Source: a virus (taxonomy: Duplodnaviria; Heunggongvirae; Uroviricota; Caudoviricetes). From it: a stretch of 64,000 nucleotides of DNA. The translations under genes and the position numbers were made by a program. The notes beneath the pieces were generated by a model. The model was not told the DNA's origin. It saw nothing but the letters and a program-made list of their open reading frames with translations, and did not search any database. The stretch lies in the IMG/VR virus record IMGVR_UViG_3300006155_000234. One strand, written 5' to 3'. Within the stretch, counting starts at the first letter, position 1. Each line of letters opens with the position of its first letter. Positions 1-9,389 of this stretch are shown here, piece after piece.

Positions 1-925
1 AATGGTAATGGAGATATTGAAACATATACACCTACAAATGATTATCAACCTGCAACAAAAAAGTATGTAGATGATGTTGTAACAGAAAGTATAAATAATC
101 TTCAACCACCTTCAAAAAAATTAAAATGTAAGAATATATCAACATATACAGATGTTATAGTATCTGATAGTGAATGTACTATAAATAATATACAACGAAA
201 TAAAGCAGTAGTAATTGAATTTTTAGAATCATATAATCCACGGAGAAATTCGTATAGAATATTCTGTATTAAACAGTTCGAACAGTGATGCAATAGTAGA
301 TAGTGGTTATATAGAAAGACCTGATTCTTCAGCAGATAATGAAAATGTTTTTATGATTAAAGATACTTCTAAAGGAGAATATATACATAATGGAATAATA
401 AATGCTGGTGATATGTTTAGATTAGAATTAACTGAATTTTCAGGAATAGAAGGAATTTCTTCATTAACAATTAGAATCAATGAAAATGTAAAATTTTTAC
501 CTATAAACAGAAATATAGAATATACTCCAACTGCTGATTACCACCCAACAACTAAAAAATATGTAGATACCCAAATACAAAACAATTTATATCATAATTA
601 TACAACTGGTGAAACATTATCAGGAGATATATGGATAGATGGAAGTCCTGTGTATAGAAAAGTAATACAAATAAATTCAGTAATTAAAAATTTAAGTACA
701 TTTGCTCATAATATATCAGGGATTACAAATATAGTAAATATTAAGGGTTATGGTAAGGTAACTGATAATGCTTTTGTACCTATAAATAGTTGTTTGACTA
801 ATGGTATTAAGCAATATAATTCATGTGTTTGCTTAGAGGGAAGTAATATTATATTCTATATGTCAGCAGATAGAGAGAACTTCATAAGTGCAAATGTTAT
901 AATAGAATATACAAAAGCATTATAG
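1..925 (+). CDS. Tail fibre / receptor-binding protein, C-terminal part (5' truncated), read through a +1 shift at CGGA 241-244
   Basis: Frame 1 is open from base 1 (NGNGDIETYTPTNDYQPATKKYVD...YNP). After CCA-C, the frame starting at GGA 242 is open into ORF 353..925, which repeats the YTPTADYHPTTKKYVD motif and ends in a WIDGSPVYRKVI fibre-tip-like domain. Confidence 0.75.
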
Positions 926-937
926 GTTGGTGATTAT

Positions 938-1306
938 ATGAGTAGTATAGGAAGATTAAAAATAGACGAAGAAATACAAATTGGAGATTTAGTTGCAATA
1001 GACAAAATAAATGGTACTGCACATAAAGCAACATTATTTGATAAAAAAACTGTTGTAGGTGTATGTGCTGACATATTTCCAGATGCAAATGAAATTCTAA
1101 TATGTAATGAAGGTATGATAGATGTTAATGTAACTGGAATAATTTGTTTAGGTGACCATCTAGGTGTTTCTGATAAAGCAGGAAAAGCAGAGGCAATAAA
1201 TTATGAAATACAAGAAGAGAAACAATTTGATGTTAGAAGTATAGGAAAGGTAATTTATTTAGGGGATAAATATTCAAAAGCAAGAATACTTCTAAATATT
1301 AAGTAA
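938..1306 (+). CDS. Hypothetical fibre-associated protein (GVC...GDHLGVSDKAGKA motif)
   Basis: 122-aa ORF directly after the fibre gene with typical codon usage. Confidence 0.6.
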   Translation: MSSIGRLKIDEEIQIGDLVAIDKINGTAHKATLFDKKTVVGVCADIFPDANEILICNEGMIDVNVTGIICLGDHLGVSDKAGKAEAINYEIQEEKQFDVRSIGKVIYLGDKYSKARILLNIK

Positions 1307-1391
1307 TTCTTCTTTACAAGGTTTACCTAGAATTGATTTTAATATAAAACTGGACATATTATATGTCTAGTAGGAGAGGTAGGTTTATTTT

Positions 1392-1769
1392 ATGGACGTG
1401 AAAGAATTTGAAAAGAAAGCAGAATTAAAAGTGAGTGAGGAATGCTGTTGTGCAACACCAGTAGAAATATCAAGAAAGATAAAAATACATGGTGAACTAT
1501 GTAATAAGCTTAAAAAGTTATATGAAACTAAAAATGCAGATTATGGAGATAGTATGCATCCATTATTTGAAGAGTATGGTTTAACAGCATTTAATGTTTT
1601 ATTTGATATTAAATTAAATAGAATTAAATCATTACAATTCAAAAAAGGAAATTACGAAAGTTTAGAAGATAGCTTATTAGATTTAGCTAATTATGCTTTG
1701 ATAGCTGTTACTGAACTTACAGATAAGAAAAATGAAGAAGAAACTAAAAAGAAAATGTCAAGGTATTAA
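1392..1769 (+). CDS. Nucleotide-modification-associated domain protein (DUF1599/Nmad1-like)
   Basis: KNADYGDS...KLNRI...DSLLDLANYA signature; GAGG-type RBS. Confidence 0.75.
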   Translation: MDVKEFEKKAELKVSEECCCATPVEISRKIKIHGELCNKLKKLYETKNADYGDSMHPLFEEYGLTAFNVLFDIKLNRIKSLQFKKGNYESLEDSLLDLANYALIAVTELTDKKNEEETKKKMSRY

Positions 1770-1809
1770 AAATCTTTTACATTTTTAGAATTTATCTTAT
1801 AATAAAAAT

Positions 1810-1836
1810 AAAACACATCTTTAAGATGTGTTTTTT
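1810..1836. terminator. Intrinsic terminator, probably bidirectional
   Basis: Inverted repeat aaaacacatct/agatgtgtttt followed by a T-run. Confidence 0.7.
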
Positions 1837-1940
1837 GTTGCAACGATAATTTAAAATTCAAATTTAATGAGATAAACTGTGAATTTTGATTTATCTATTA
1901 ATATACTAACATATCTTTAAAAATTTGTCAACCTCTCTAT

Positions 1941-1957
1941 GTAAAATATTAATGAGG
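1941..1957 (+). promoter_or_regulatory. Conserved phage (late) promoter motif GTAAAATATTAATGAGG
   Basis: Exact intergenic copy of the motif that recurs about 14 times before structural operons. Confidence 0.75.
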
Positions 1958-2129
1958 GCAGAAAATGTCTTAAATAATTGAATATAAGTACAGGGAGAAG
2001 GGTTCTGGGTTACAGAAATGCTGTACAACATATAAAGGTTATTGATACAAGAAGGATTGTAGAGATATAACCATTTTAACCATACTTTCTCCCAGTATGG
2101 TTATTTTTATGGAAGGAGGAAAATCATAA

Positions 2130-3176
2130 ATGTTCATTAAACTAAAAGATGGAAGAAAACTAAATCTATATTGGCTATCTGATTGTTTTGTAGGGAAACA
2201 CGATAAGAAAATAGTTATCTTTTATATGGTAAATAATACTAAACTTATTGAAGCTTATGACACAGATACAGATGCTTCAAAAAGAGTTTCAGAAGTAGAG
2301 AAGATAATGGCAAATTTAGGACAAGGTGGTTCTGGTGGTGGAAGTTCTGATTGTGAAAATTGTTGTGAGTTAGAATGGGATATTACTTCTAATAAAGACT
2401 GTGGAGCTGCACCTGCAAAAACATTTTTTAAGAAAGGTTTAACTTTTACAGAATTTGCAGAAAAAATATTAAGAACCGATATTGCACCTTCATTTAATGT
2501 ATCATTTACAAACATAGGTATATATGAATGTGGTCGTACAATTCCAAGTACATTGATGAAATTAAATGTAACAAATAAACCTGATGTAACATATACAATA
2601 GATAAATCTAATTTCTATTTAGATACATCATTAGTTGGTACAGATACAGGAGATAAAGCAGCATTCCAATATAATTATGCAACACCTATAAAATCAGATG
2701 TACCAAAAGTATTTACACCTAAAGCAGAAATTGTCTATAACACGAATAAAAAAGGTAGTAAAACAAATGGAACATTCCAATTTGTATATCCAAGTTATTA
2801 TGGGGTAATCAATATAGGTATGAATGATATAAATGATACTAAACTAAATAATATAGTATCACAATGGACAATAGTAGAGAATGTAACAAATAATCCAAAA
2901 ACAACAACAGAGGGTGTATTTAATAAAAGAATTTCAGCAAGTAAAGCATTTGATTATACAGGTGTAACTTTAAATGACCAAAGGTTCTTTTATATGTATC
3001 CAGCATCTTATGGTGCATTAACAAACATATTAGATGGAAATGGATTTAAATATATAGACAGTTATACTTCAAAGACAATAAGTATAATTACAACAAATGG
3101 ACAAACAGTTCCTTATTTAGTTTACTTATTAACAGACCCAACAACAAATACAGGATTGATTCAAAAATATTCATAG
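2130..3176 (+). CDS. Virion/fibre-associated structural protein
   Basis: 348 aa, AGGAGG RBS, C-terminal YMYPASYGALTNILDGNGF motif seen in phage structural proteins. Confidence 0.6.
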   Translation: MFIKLKDGRKLNLYWLSDCFVGKHDKKIVIFYMVNNTKLIEAYDTDTDASKRVSEVEKIMANLGQGGSGGGSSDCENCCELEWDITSNKDCGAAPAKTFFKKGLTFTEFAEKILRTDIAPSFNVSFTNIGIYECGRTIPSTLMKLNVTNKPDVTYTIDKSNFYLDTSLVGTDTGDKAAFQYNYATPIKSDVPKVFTPKAEIVYNTNKKGSKTNGTFQFVYPSYYGVINIGMNDINDTKLNNIVSQWTIVENVTNNPKTTTEGVFNKRISASKAFDYTGVTLNDQRFFYMYPASYGALTNILDGNGFKYIDSYTSKTISIITTNGQTVPYLVYLLTDPTTNTGLIQKYS

Positions 3177-3192
3177 AGAGGAGGAATAGTAG

Positions 3193-5538
3193 ATGGCAAT
3201 TTTAACAGCCGATAATTTTAAGTATCAAGGTAGAAAACCTCTAGATAGCAGAATTGTTCAAAAGACAAAAACAGATATGACCTCAATGGCAGAATCTATA
3301 ATTTATAGTGGAATTATATGTTATGTAGAAGATGAACAAAAATTTTATGTATTTGATACAAATAACACAGTAGACCCAATATTAAAGAAATGGAGAGAAC
3401 TTACTACAGGTGGTTCTGGAAATGCAAAGATTAATAGATATAAACAAAATACAGATTATAAAACAGATGAAATAATTATATATGATGATAAGATATACTT
3501 AGTATTAGCAGATTTTAAATCAGATAATACACAAGCAGCATTAGCAGATAGTTTTGATTTAGATTTAAAAAATAATAAGTTTGTACCATTAGACAAAGAT
3601 ACAAACTGTGTTGAATATAAACAAAACACAAACTATATAAAAGATATGTTAGTGTATGTTGATAATAAACTTGCTAGAGTAGTTGCTGATTTTATATCAG
3701 ACAATACAGCTACAAATATAAATGATGCATTTGATATTGATATCGCAAGTAACAAATTAGTATTAGTATCAGAGGATAAGGTAGTAGATAGAATCAAATC
3801 AAATACAACATTAACTACTACTATTGGAAGTACAACAACAATAGCAATAACAGATTTACCATCAACTACAATAAATGATGTAAAATTAAATCAATTAGTG
3901 TATGATAAAGATGGTACAGTTGGATTTATTTCTAATATAGATATAACTAATAATGATGTAACAGTATTAACTATTACTAAATCAGATGGAAATGAAAAAA
4001 CTATAAGATATAAATCAGATGTTTTATTAGATAAAACAATACTAAATCAAAGTACAATAAACTTTACAGACTTAAATACATTATATACAGTTGCTGACTT
4101 ATTAGAAAATCAATTAGTGTATGATAAAGATGGTACAGTTGGAAAGATAGATACTATAACAACTACACCAGCAGGAACAACAATAGTTATAACAACTTTA
4201 ACAACATCAATAAAAGGATTTGAATTAGATTATTATAAATATGATAATTTATTAAATAAGGATGTAGATACAACCCAAAATATCTTATTTACTGATTTAA
4301 GTATATCAACAACCTTAACAATAAATGATTTAAAAGAAAATCAAATTGTATTTGATGAAGAAGGTACAATTTCAAAAATAGAAAATATAGATACAGTAAA
4401 TAATGAATTAACAGTAAGAATCATAACTATTGATACTATATCAGCATCAATGAAAGAATATAAAATAACAGAAACATTAGATTTAGCAGTAGACAGCCAA
4501 CTATTAGTAAATGTTCCATCAGGTGTAAATATAAATGATATAATGATAGACCAATTAGTATATGATGATAATGGAACAGTTGCAAAAATAATTAGTATAG
4601 ATACAACTCAGAATAAGCTATTAGTTCAAACTATAACAGGATTAGGTATGCCAATAGCACCTGATACAAAGAAATTAAAAATAGAAAATGGTGGTTCTGG
4701 TTATCAAGTAGGAGATATAATTGAGAGTACAACAGCAGGATTATTTGCTAAAGTAACTATGGTTGATACAAACGGAGCAATACTTGAAATAACAGATATA
4801 ACAGCAACAGCCCAAAGTGTAAATGGTACAGATGCTAAAATAGGAAATGAACAAGTTATTTATGGTGGTTATGGTAGAAACTGGGCTGCTTTATCAAATG
4901 CAGCAGTACAAGTTGCAACAGTTGTAGCAGAAAAATTTGTGTACGAAGAAGGATATACATTTGAAATAGTAAATGCAGGTTCTAATTATGCTGTGGGTGA
5001 TATAATTGGTACAGATAAATCAGATGTATTTGTATCTATAACAAGTGTAGGTGTAAGTGGAGAAATCTTAAATGTACAATACACAAGAGATGATACAGTT
5101 ACTACATCAGGAACTGGTGCTAATATATCTGCAATTCCAAGCAAAGACGTATTTATTATTTTAGATAAATACTGGAATGAGGGTATTGCATTATTTACAT
5201 TAGTAAATGATGACGGAGCATGGGTAGAATTTTTAAGAACAGATGACAGTCTAGTTAAATATTCTGCTGGACCAAATAATAAAACATACAAGTTTGTATA
5301 TAACCCAGCAAATGGTACTATTACACAATCTTACACAATGTGTAATGGTGGTGGAAGTACAGAAGGAATATCATTTGAGGAGACTAAAAATTATTTAGAA
5401 AATGACCTGATAATGAGAAATAATAAATTATACAAATGTACCCAAGATTATACTTCAACAAATGATTTCGATACAGACTTGAATAATGGATATTGGGAAC
5501 AATATCAGATAGTAGAAATTGGAGGTGAAATTATATAA
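3193..5538 (+). CDS. Repeat-rich fibre/adhesin protein with CBM5/12-like modules
   Basis: PLDSR N-terminal motif; YKQNTDYKTDEIIIYDDKIY-type repeats; four NQLVYDxDGT repeats; GGSGYQVGD repeats. Confidence 0.65.
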   Translation: MAILTADNFKYQGRKPLDSRIVQKTKTDMTSMAESIIYSGIICYVEDEQKFYVFDTNNTVDPILKKWRELTTGGSGNAKINRYKQNTDYKTDEIIIYDDKIYLVLADFKSDNTQAALADSFDLDLKNNKFVPLDKDTNCVEYKQNTNYIKDMLVYVDNKLARVVADFISDNTATNINDAFDIDIASNKLVLVSEDKVVDRIKSNTTLTTTIGSTTTIAITDLPSTTINDVKLNQLVYDKDGTVGFISNIDITNNDVTVLTITKSDGNEKTIRYKSDVLLDKTILNQSTINFTDLNTLYTVADLLENQLVYDKDGTVGKIDTITTTPAGTTIVITTLTTSIKGFELDYYKYDNLLNKDVDTTQNILFTDLSISTTLTINDLKENQIVFDEEGTISKIENIDTVNNELTVRIITIDTISASMKEYKITETLDLAVDSQLLVNVPSGVNINDIMIDQLVYDDNGTVAKIISIDTTQNKLLVQTITGLGMPIAPDTKKLKIENGGSGYQVGDIIESTTAGLFAKVTMVDTNGAILEITDITATAQSVNGTDAKIGNEQVIYGGYGRNWAALSNAAVQVATVVAEKFVYEEGYTFEIVNAGSNYAVGDIIGTDKSDVFVSITSVGVSGEILNVQYTRDDTVTTSGTGANISAIPSKDVFIILDKYWNEGIALFTLVNDDGAWVEFLRTDDSLVKYSAGPNNKTYKFVYNPANGTITQSYTMCNGGGSTEGISFEETKNYLENDLIMRNNKLYKCTQDYTSTNDFDTDLNNGYWEQYQIVEIGGEII

Positions 5539-7586
5539 TGGCTTTATATTATGGATTTAAAAGTGCATTAGAAAATTCAACAAAACAATTTTCTACATTG
5601 GATTTAATTATAGAATATGATGATGCAGATGTTTCAAAAGTTAGATTAAAAACAGGAAATAAAACAGGAAAAGCAACTTATAATAATTTAAGTTATTTAA
5701 CTGGAGAAGGTGGTTCAAAAGTTGTTAAATATGAACAAGATACAGATTATAAAAAAGATGAACTTGTTTATTTAGGTAATATACTAAAAAGAGCAGATAA
5801 AGATTTCAAATCAGATAATGCACAAGTATTATTAGAAGATGCATTTAAAACAGATATTGCTAATAACAATTTAGTAGATATAGTTGAAGAACAAGAAGTA
5901 CCAAAATGTTTAGGCTCAGTAAAGACAGATAACACAGCAGATTTACCAACTAATCCAGTTGAAGGTAATTGGGTTTTAATAGAAGAATGTGTAAATGCTG
6001 CACCTACACAAGCAGGTATTGGTTTATATAGCAATTCAAGTTGGACAATATTACCAATACCATCTGGAACATTTACATTTCCAGAACCATCTGATGATGC
6101 AAAACTATATTTTAGAAAAAGAGATGTAGGAGCAACTAATGGGCAATGGGAAGCATTTACTACAATAGATGGTAATGAAGTAGAAATTCAAATAAAATCT
6201 TTAAAGGATTCAATAGATGGTGCAAAAGTACCAAAACAAAATGAGTTAGTATGGGATTCAGAAAGAAAGATATTAGTTGTAGGAGATGGGACAACAAATT
6301 TAGGAAATCTAAAACCATTTTATGAGAATACACTAACAGCATCTGATATAACAACTACATTAGGATTTACACCAGAAAATTCTGCAAATAAGGGACAAGC
6401 AAATGGATATGCACCATTAGATGCAAATGGAAAAGTTCCAGCAGGAAATCTACCAGATGCAGTAACAAATACTTATTCAAAAACAGAAATAGACCAAAAA
6501 GATACAGATACATTAGCATCTGCTACAACATTAGTAAATGCAGAAGCAACAACAGCAAGAACTAATGAAAATGCAATAAGAACAGACTTAACAAACCATG
6601 TAAATGATACTACAATTCATGTAACTCAAACAGATAAAGATAAATGGAATGCTAAAGTAGATACATCTGATTTAACAAATTATGATAACCACTTAAGCGA
6701 TACAGTAATTCATGTTACACAAGCAGATAAAGATAAATGGAATGGTATGAGTACAGCATATTATGTTACTAATATAGCAAGTTTACCATCAACAGGTGTA
6801 AATGTTGGTAGTATGGGTTATGTGCAAGTATCAGCAGCAGGTGTAACACCAGTTGTTTGTGACCAATATATATATGACGGAACACAATGGTTACCTTATG
6901 ATGCAGGACAAATTTCTATACAATTTAACTGGGGGAATATTCAAGGAAAACCAGCATCAACTCCTTTAAGTATAGACAATGCTGTAACAGTTGCACATAA
7001 TCATGCAAATATGAATGTATTAAATAAGATAGGGCAATCAACAGCAGGTAAATTTACTTATGATGGTGTTGAAATAGGTGCTGTTGTAGTATTTTTAGAT
7101 AATGACAATATGTTACCTGCAACAGGAGAAGATAATGTATTATATGTAATTTTAGAGGATTCTAGGGTTAGAAATTATCCATCTATATCTGTATGGAAAG
7201 ATAATGCTTACCAACCATTAGGAAGAGGAATACAGGACTCAGCACCAGTTGTAGGAGATATGCAAATATTACAAGCAGAATACTATTCTGTTACTCCTGA
7301 TACTGTTCAAAAGATTTCTGTTACTTCAAATCAATACTTTGCATTTATGCCAGTAGAGATATTGAGAGAAATAGAAGGATTAAAAAATCAAAGTAAAGAA
7401 ATAGTTGATATGAAGGAATCTACTGATTATAAGTATGATAGTGATTTATTTGATATTACATCAGATAGTAAATTAAAGATACGCATAAAATCTAAACCTA
7501 CAAATGTTGATACAGTATCTGATTATTTTTATTCTAGTGTTGATATTGATATGTCATCATATAAAGATGTAGATAGTATAGAATAG
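5538..7586 (+). CDS. Tail fibre protein
   Basis: ELVWDSERKILVVGDG, LGFTPENSANKGQANGYAPLDANGKVP and two HxxDTxIHVTQxDKDKWN fibre-shaft motifs; start overlaps the upstream stop. Confidence 0.7.
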   Translation: MALYYGFKSALENSTKQFSTLDLIIEYDDADVSKVRLKTGNKTGKATYNNLSYLTGEGGSKVVKYEQDTDYKKDELVYLGNILKRADKDFKSDNAQVLLEDAFKTDIANNNLVDIVEEQEVPKCLGSVKTDNTADLPTNPVEGNWVLIEECVNAAPTQAGIGLYSNSSWTILPIPSGTFTFPEPSDDAKLYFRKRDVGATNGQWEAFTTIDGNEVEIQIKSLKDSIDGAKVPKQNELVWDSERKILVVGDGTTNLGNLKPFYENTLTASDITTTLGFTPENSANKGQANGYAPLDANGKVPAGNLPDAVTNTYSKTEIDQKDTDTLASATTLVNAEATTARTNENAIRTDLTNHVNDTTIHVTQTDKDKWNAKVDTSDLTNYDNHLSDTVIHVTQADKDKWNGMSTAYYVTNIASLPSTGVNVGSMGYVQVSAAGVTPVVCDQYIYDGTQWLPYDAGQISIQFNWGNIQGKPASTPLSIDNAVTVAHNHANMNVLNKIGQSTAGKFTYDGVEIGAVVVFLDNDNMLPATGEDNVLYVILEDSRVRNYPSISVWKDNAYQPLGRGIQDSAPVVGDMQILQAEYYSVTPDTVQKISVTSNQYFAFMPVEILREIEGLKNQSKEIVDMKESTDYKYDSDLFDITSDSKLKIRIKSKPTNVDTVSDYFYSSVDIDMSSYKDVDSIE

Positions 7587-7605
7587 AAAGGAGGAAATAG
7601 ATACT

Positions 7606-9326
7606 ATGGGAAAAGTATTACAATTTAAGTCATGTGCAGTTGGTGGCGAATTTACTGGATTTGGAAGAACACCATCAAGTTACTACTATACAAGACCAGA
7701 TAATACTGCTGACTTTCCAACAACAGTAATAAATACCTATAAAGACGATAAATACCTATCTGGAAAAGTAACTGGTATAGGTTGTGGTTGGCAACAATAC
7801 ACAGTACCAAACTCTGGTAAAGTTAAGTTTACTGTAAGAGGGGCTGCTGGTGGTTCTACTGGTAGTGGAACAATTAATCCAGTAACTGGTGATTGTGCTG
7901 GTAGTATAAATAAACCACGGAAGAGGTGCTAAGTTAGTAGGAGATGTAAAACTTAAAAGAAATGATATACTTTATATATTAGTTGGAATTAGAGGCTGGA
8001 GTAATAATGGTTCAGATTGGGGTTCTGGTGGAGGAGGAGCATCTGCTGTGCTCCTTGATAACCCTGCTGGAGCATATACATTTGCACCTTTAAATAGAAA
8101 AGTTGATGTATTATTTGTTGCAGGTGGTGGAGGTGGATGTTATGATTCAACTTTTGGAACATATTATTATGGTGACGATGCAGTTGTAACAGATGGTACT
8201 AATACAAATGGTGGTTCTGCTAATGGAGGCTCTGGTGGTGGAGGTTTGACTGGTAATGGTGCAAGAGGAAATGGACCAGCAGGTGGTCAAAGTCTATTAT
8301 CTGGTAACTCTGCAGGAAACCCAACAGATATTCACTACGGAGGATGGGGTGGACGGAGGTTCATCTTATGACGGTGGTGGAGCTGGTGGTGGTTACTCAG
8401 GTGGAAGTGCTTATGGAAATGGCAGAGGTGCTTCAGGAGGAACATCATATATCAACCCTACTTTATGTAATGAAATTTCAAGGGGTTATGCAACAGTTAC
8501 GGATGATGGCAATAGAAATCTAACTAATCCTTGGACAGCCTATGGTTTTGTAGAATTAGAATTAGGAAGAGACGAAAATAAATATATTATAGTAAAAGAT
8601 ACAGATGGTTATAAATGGTTTAATGGAGAAGATACAATAGAAGGTACTGTAAAAACAGGATTTACTAATCAATGGGAATTAATACCAAATGTAACAACAG
8701 AAGCAGATTTAACAGAAGATATATATAAAGATTATGGCAATACACTTATTATAAATAGCAATGGTTTAAAAGATAATTCAAAATTCCTTGTAATGTCAAA
8801 AGAACCAGATGAAAGTATTACAGTAAGTGGAAATGTAAATAAAGCAATAATAGAACAAATCAAAGATGTAAGTATATCTGATGTATCAGAACTTAAATCT
8901 GTTACTGCTACAACAAATCTAACTAATCTAAATGTTAAATTTGCAGTATCTAAGAATAGTGGTAAGACTTGGCAAACTTATAGTACAGGAAATTGGGTAG
9001 ATATAAATATAAAAGATAAAGATGAATTTTCAAATAATGGTTATAACTTATCTCAATTTAATTCAATTCCAGTTTTAGATTGGAATAACTACAAAGCAAA
9101 AACTGTTAAATTTGCATTTATAATTACACAAGATGGTATGAATAAAAATACAATTATAGATAACATAAAGATAGTTGCAGATTTAGTAGGTTCTTGGAGA
9201 CACTTTAAAGAATCTGAGGCAGGTTATGAGTATATATCAGATACAGAATTAAAAGTAACATTCATAGAAGGTGGAAATTATAAAGTAAATTATTTAGATA
9301 GTTTAAATCAATCCACAAGTAATTAA
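7606..9326 (+). CDS. Glycine-rich (ALK/LTK Gly_rich-like) fibre protein of about 572 aa, read via two +1 shifts (CGGA at 7918 and 8354)
   Basis: Three ORF fragments join into QQYTVPNSGKVKFTVRGAAGG...PGRGAKLVGDVKLKRNDILYILVG...GGGG...LFVAGGGGG...GGWGGGGSSYDGGGAGGGYSGG, the canonical glycine-rich domain order. Confidence 0.8.
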
Positions 9327-9331
9327 ATATA

Positions 9332-9360
9332 ATCAGGAAAGGTGACATTCCTTTCCTGAT
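9332..9360. terminator. Intergenic hairpin (terminator or processing site)
   Basis: 11-bp inverted repeat atcaggaaagg/cctttcctgat with a weak U-tract. Confidence 0.45.
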
Positions 9361-9389
9361 AAAATAAAGAAGGAGGGTAAACATTAATT

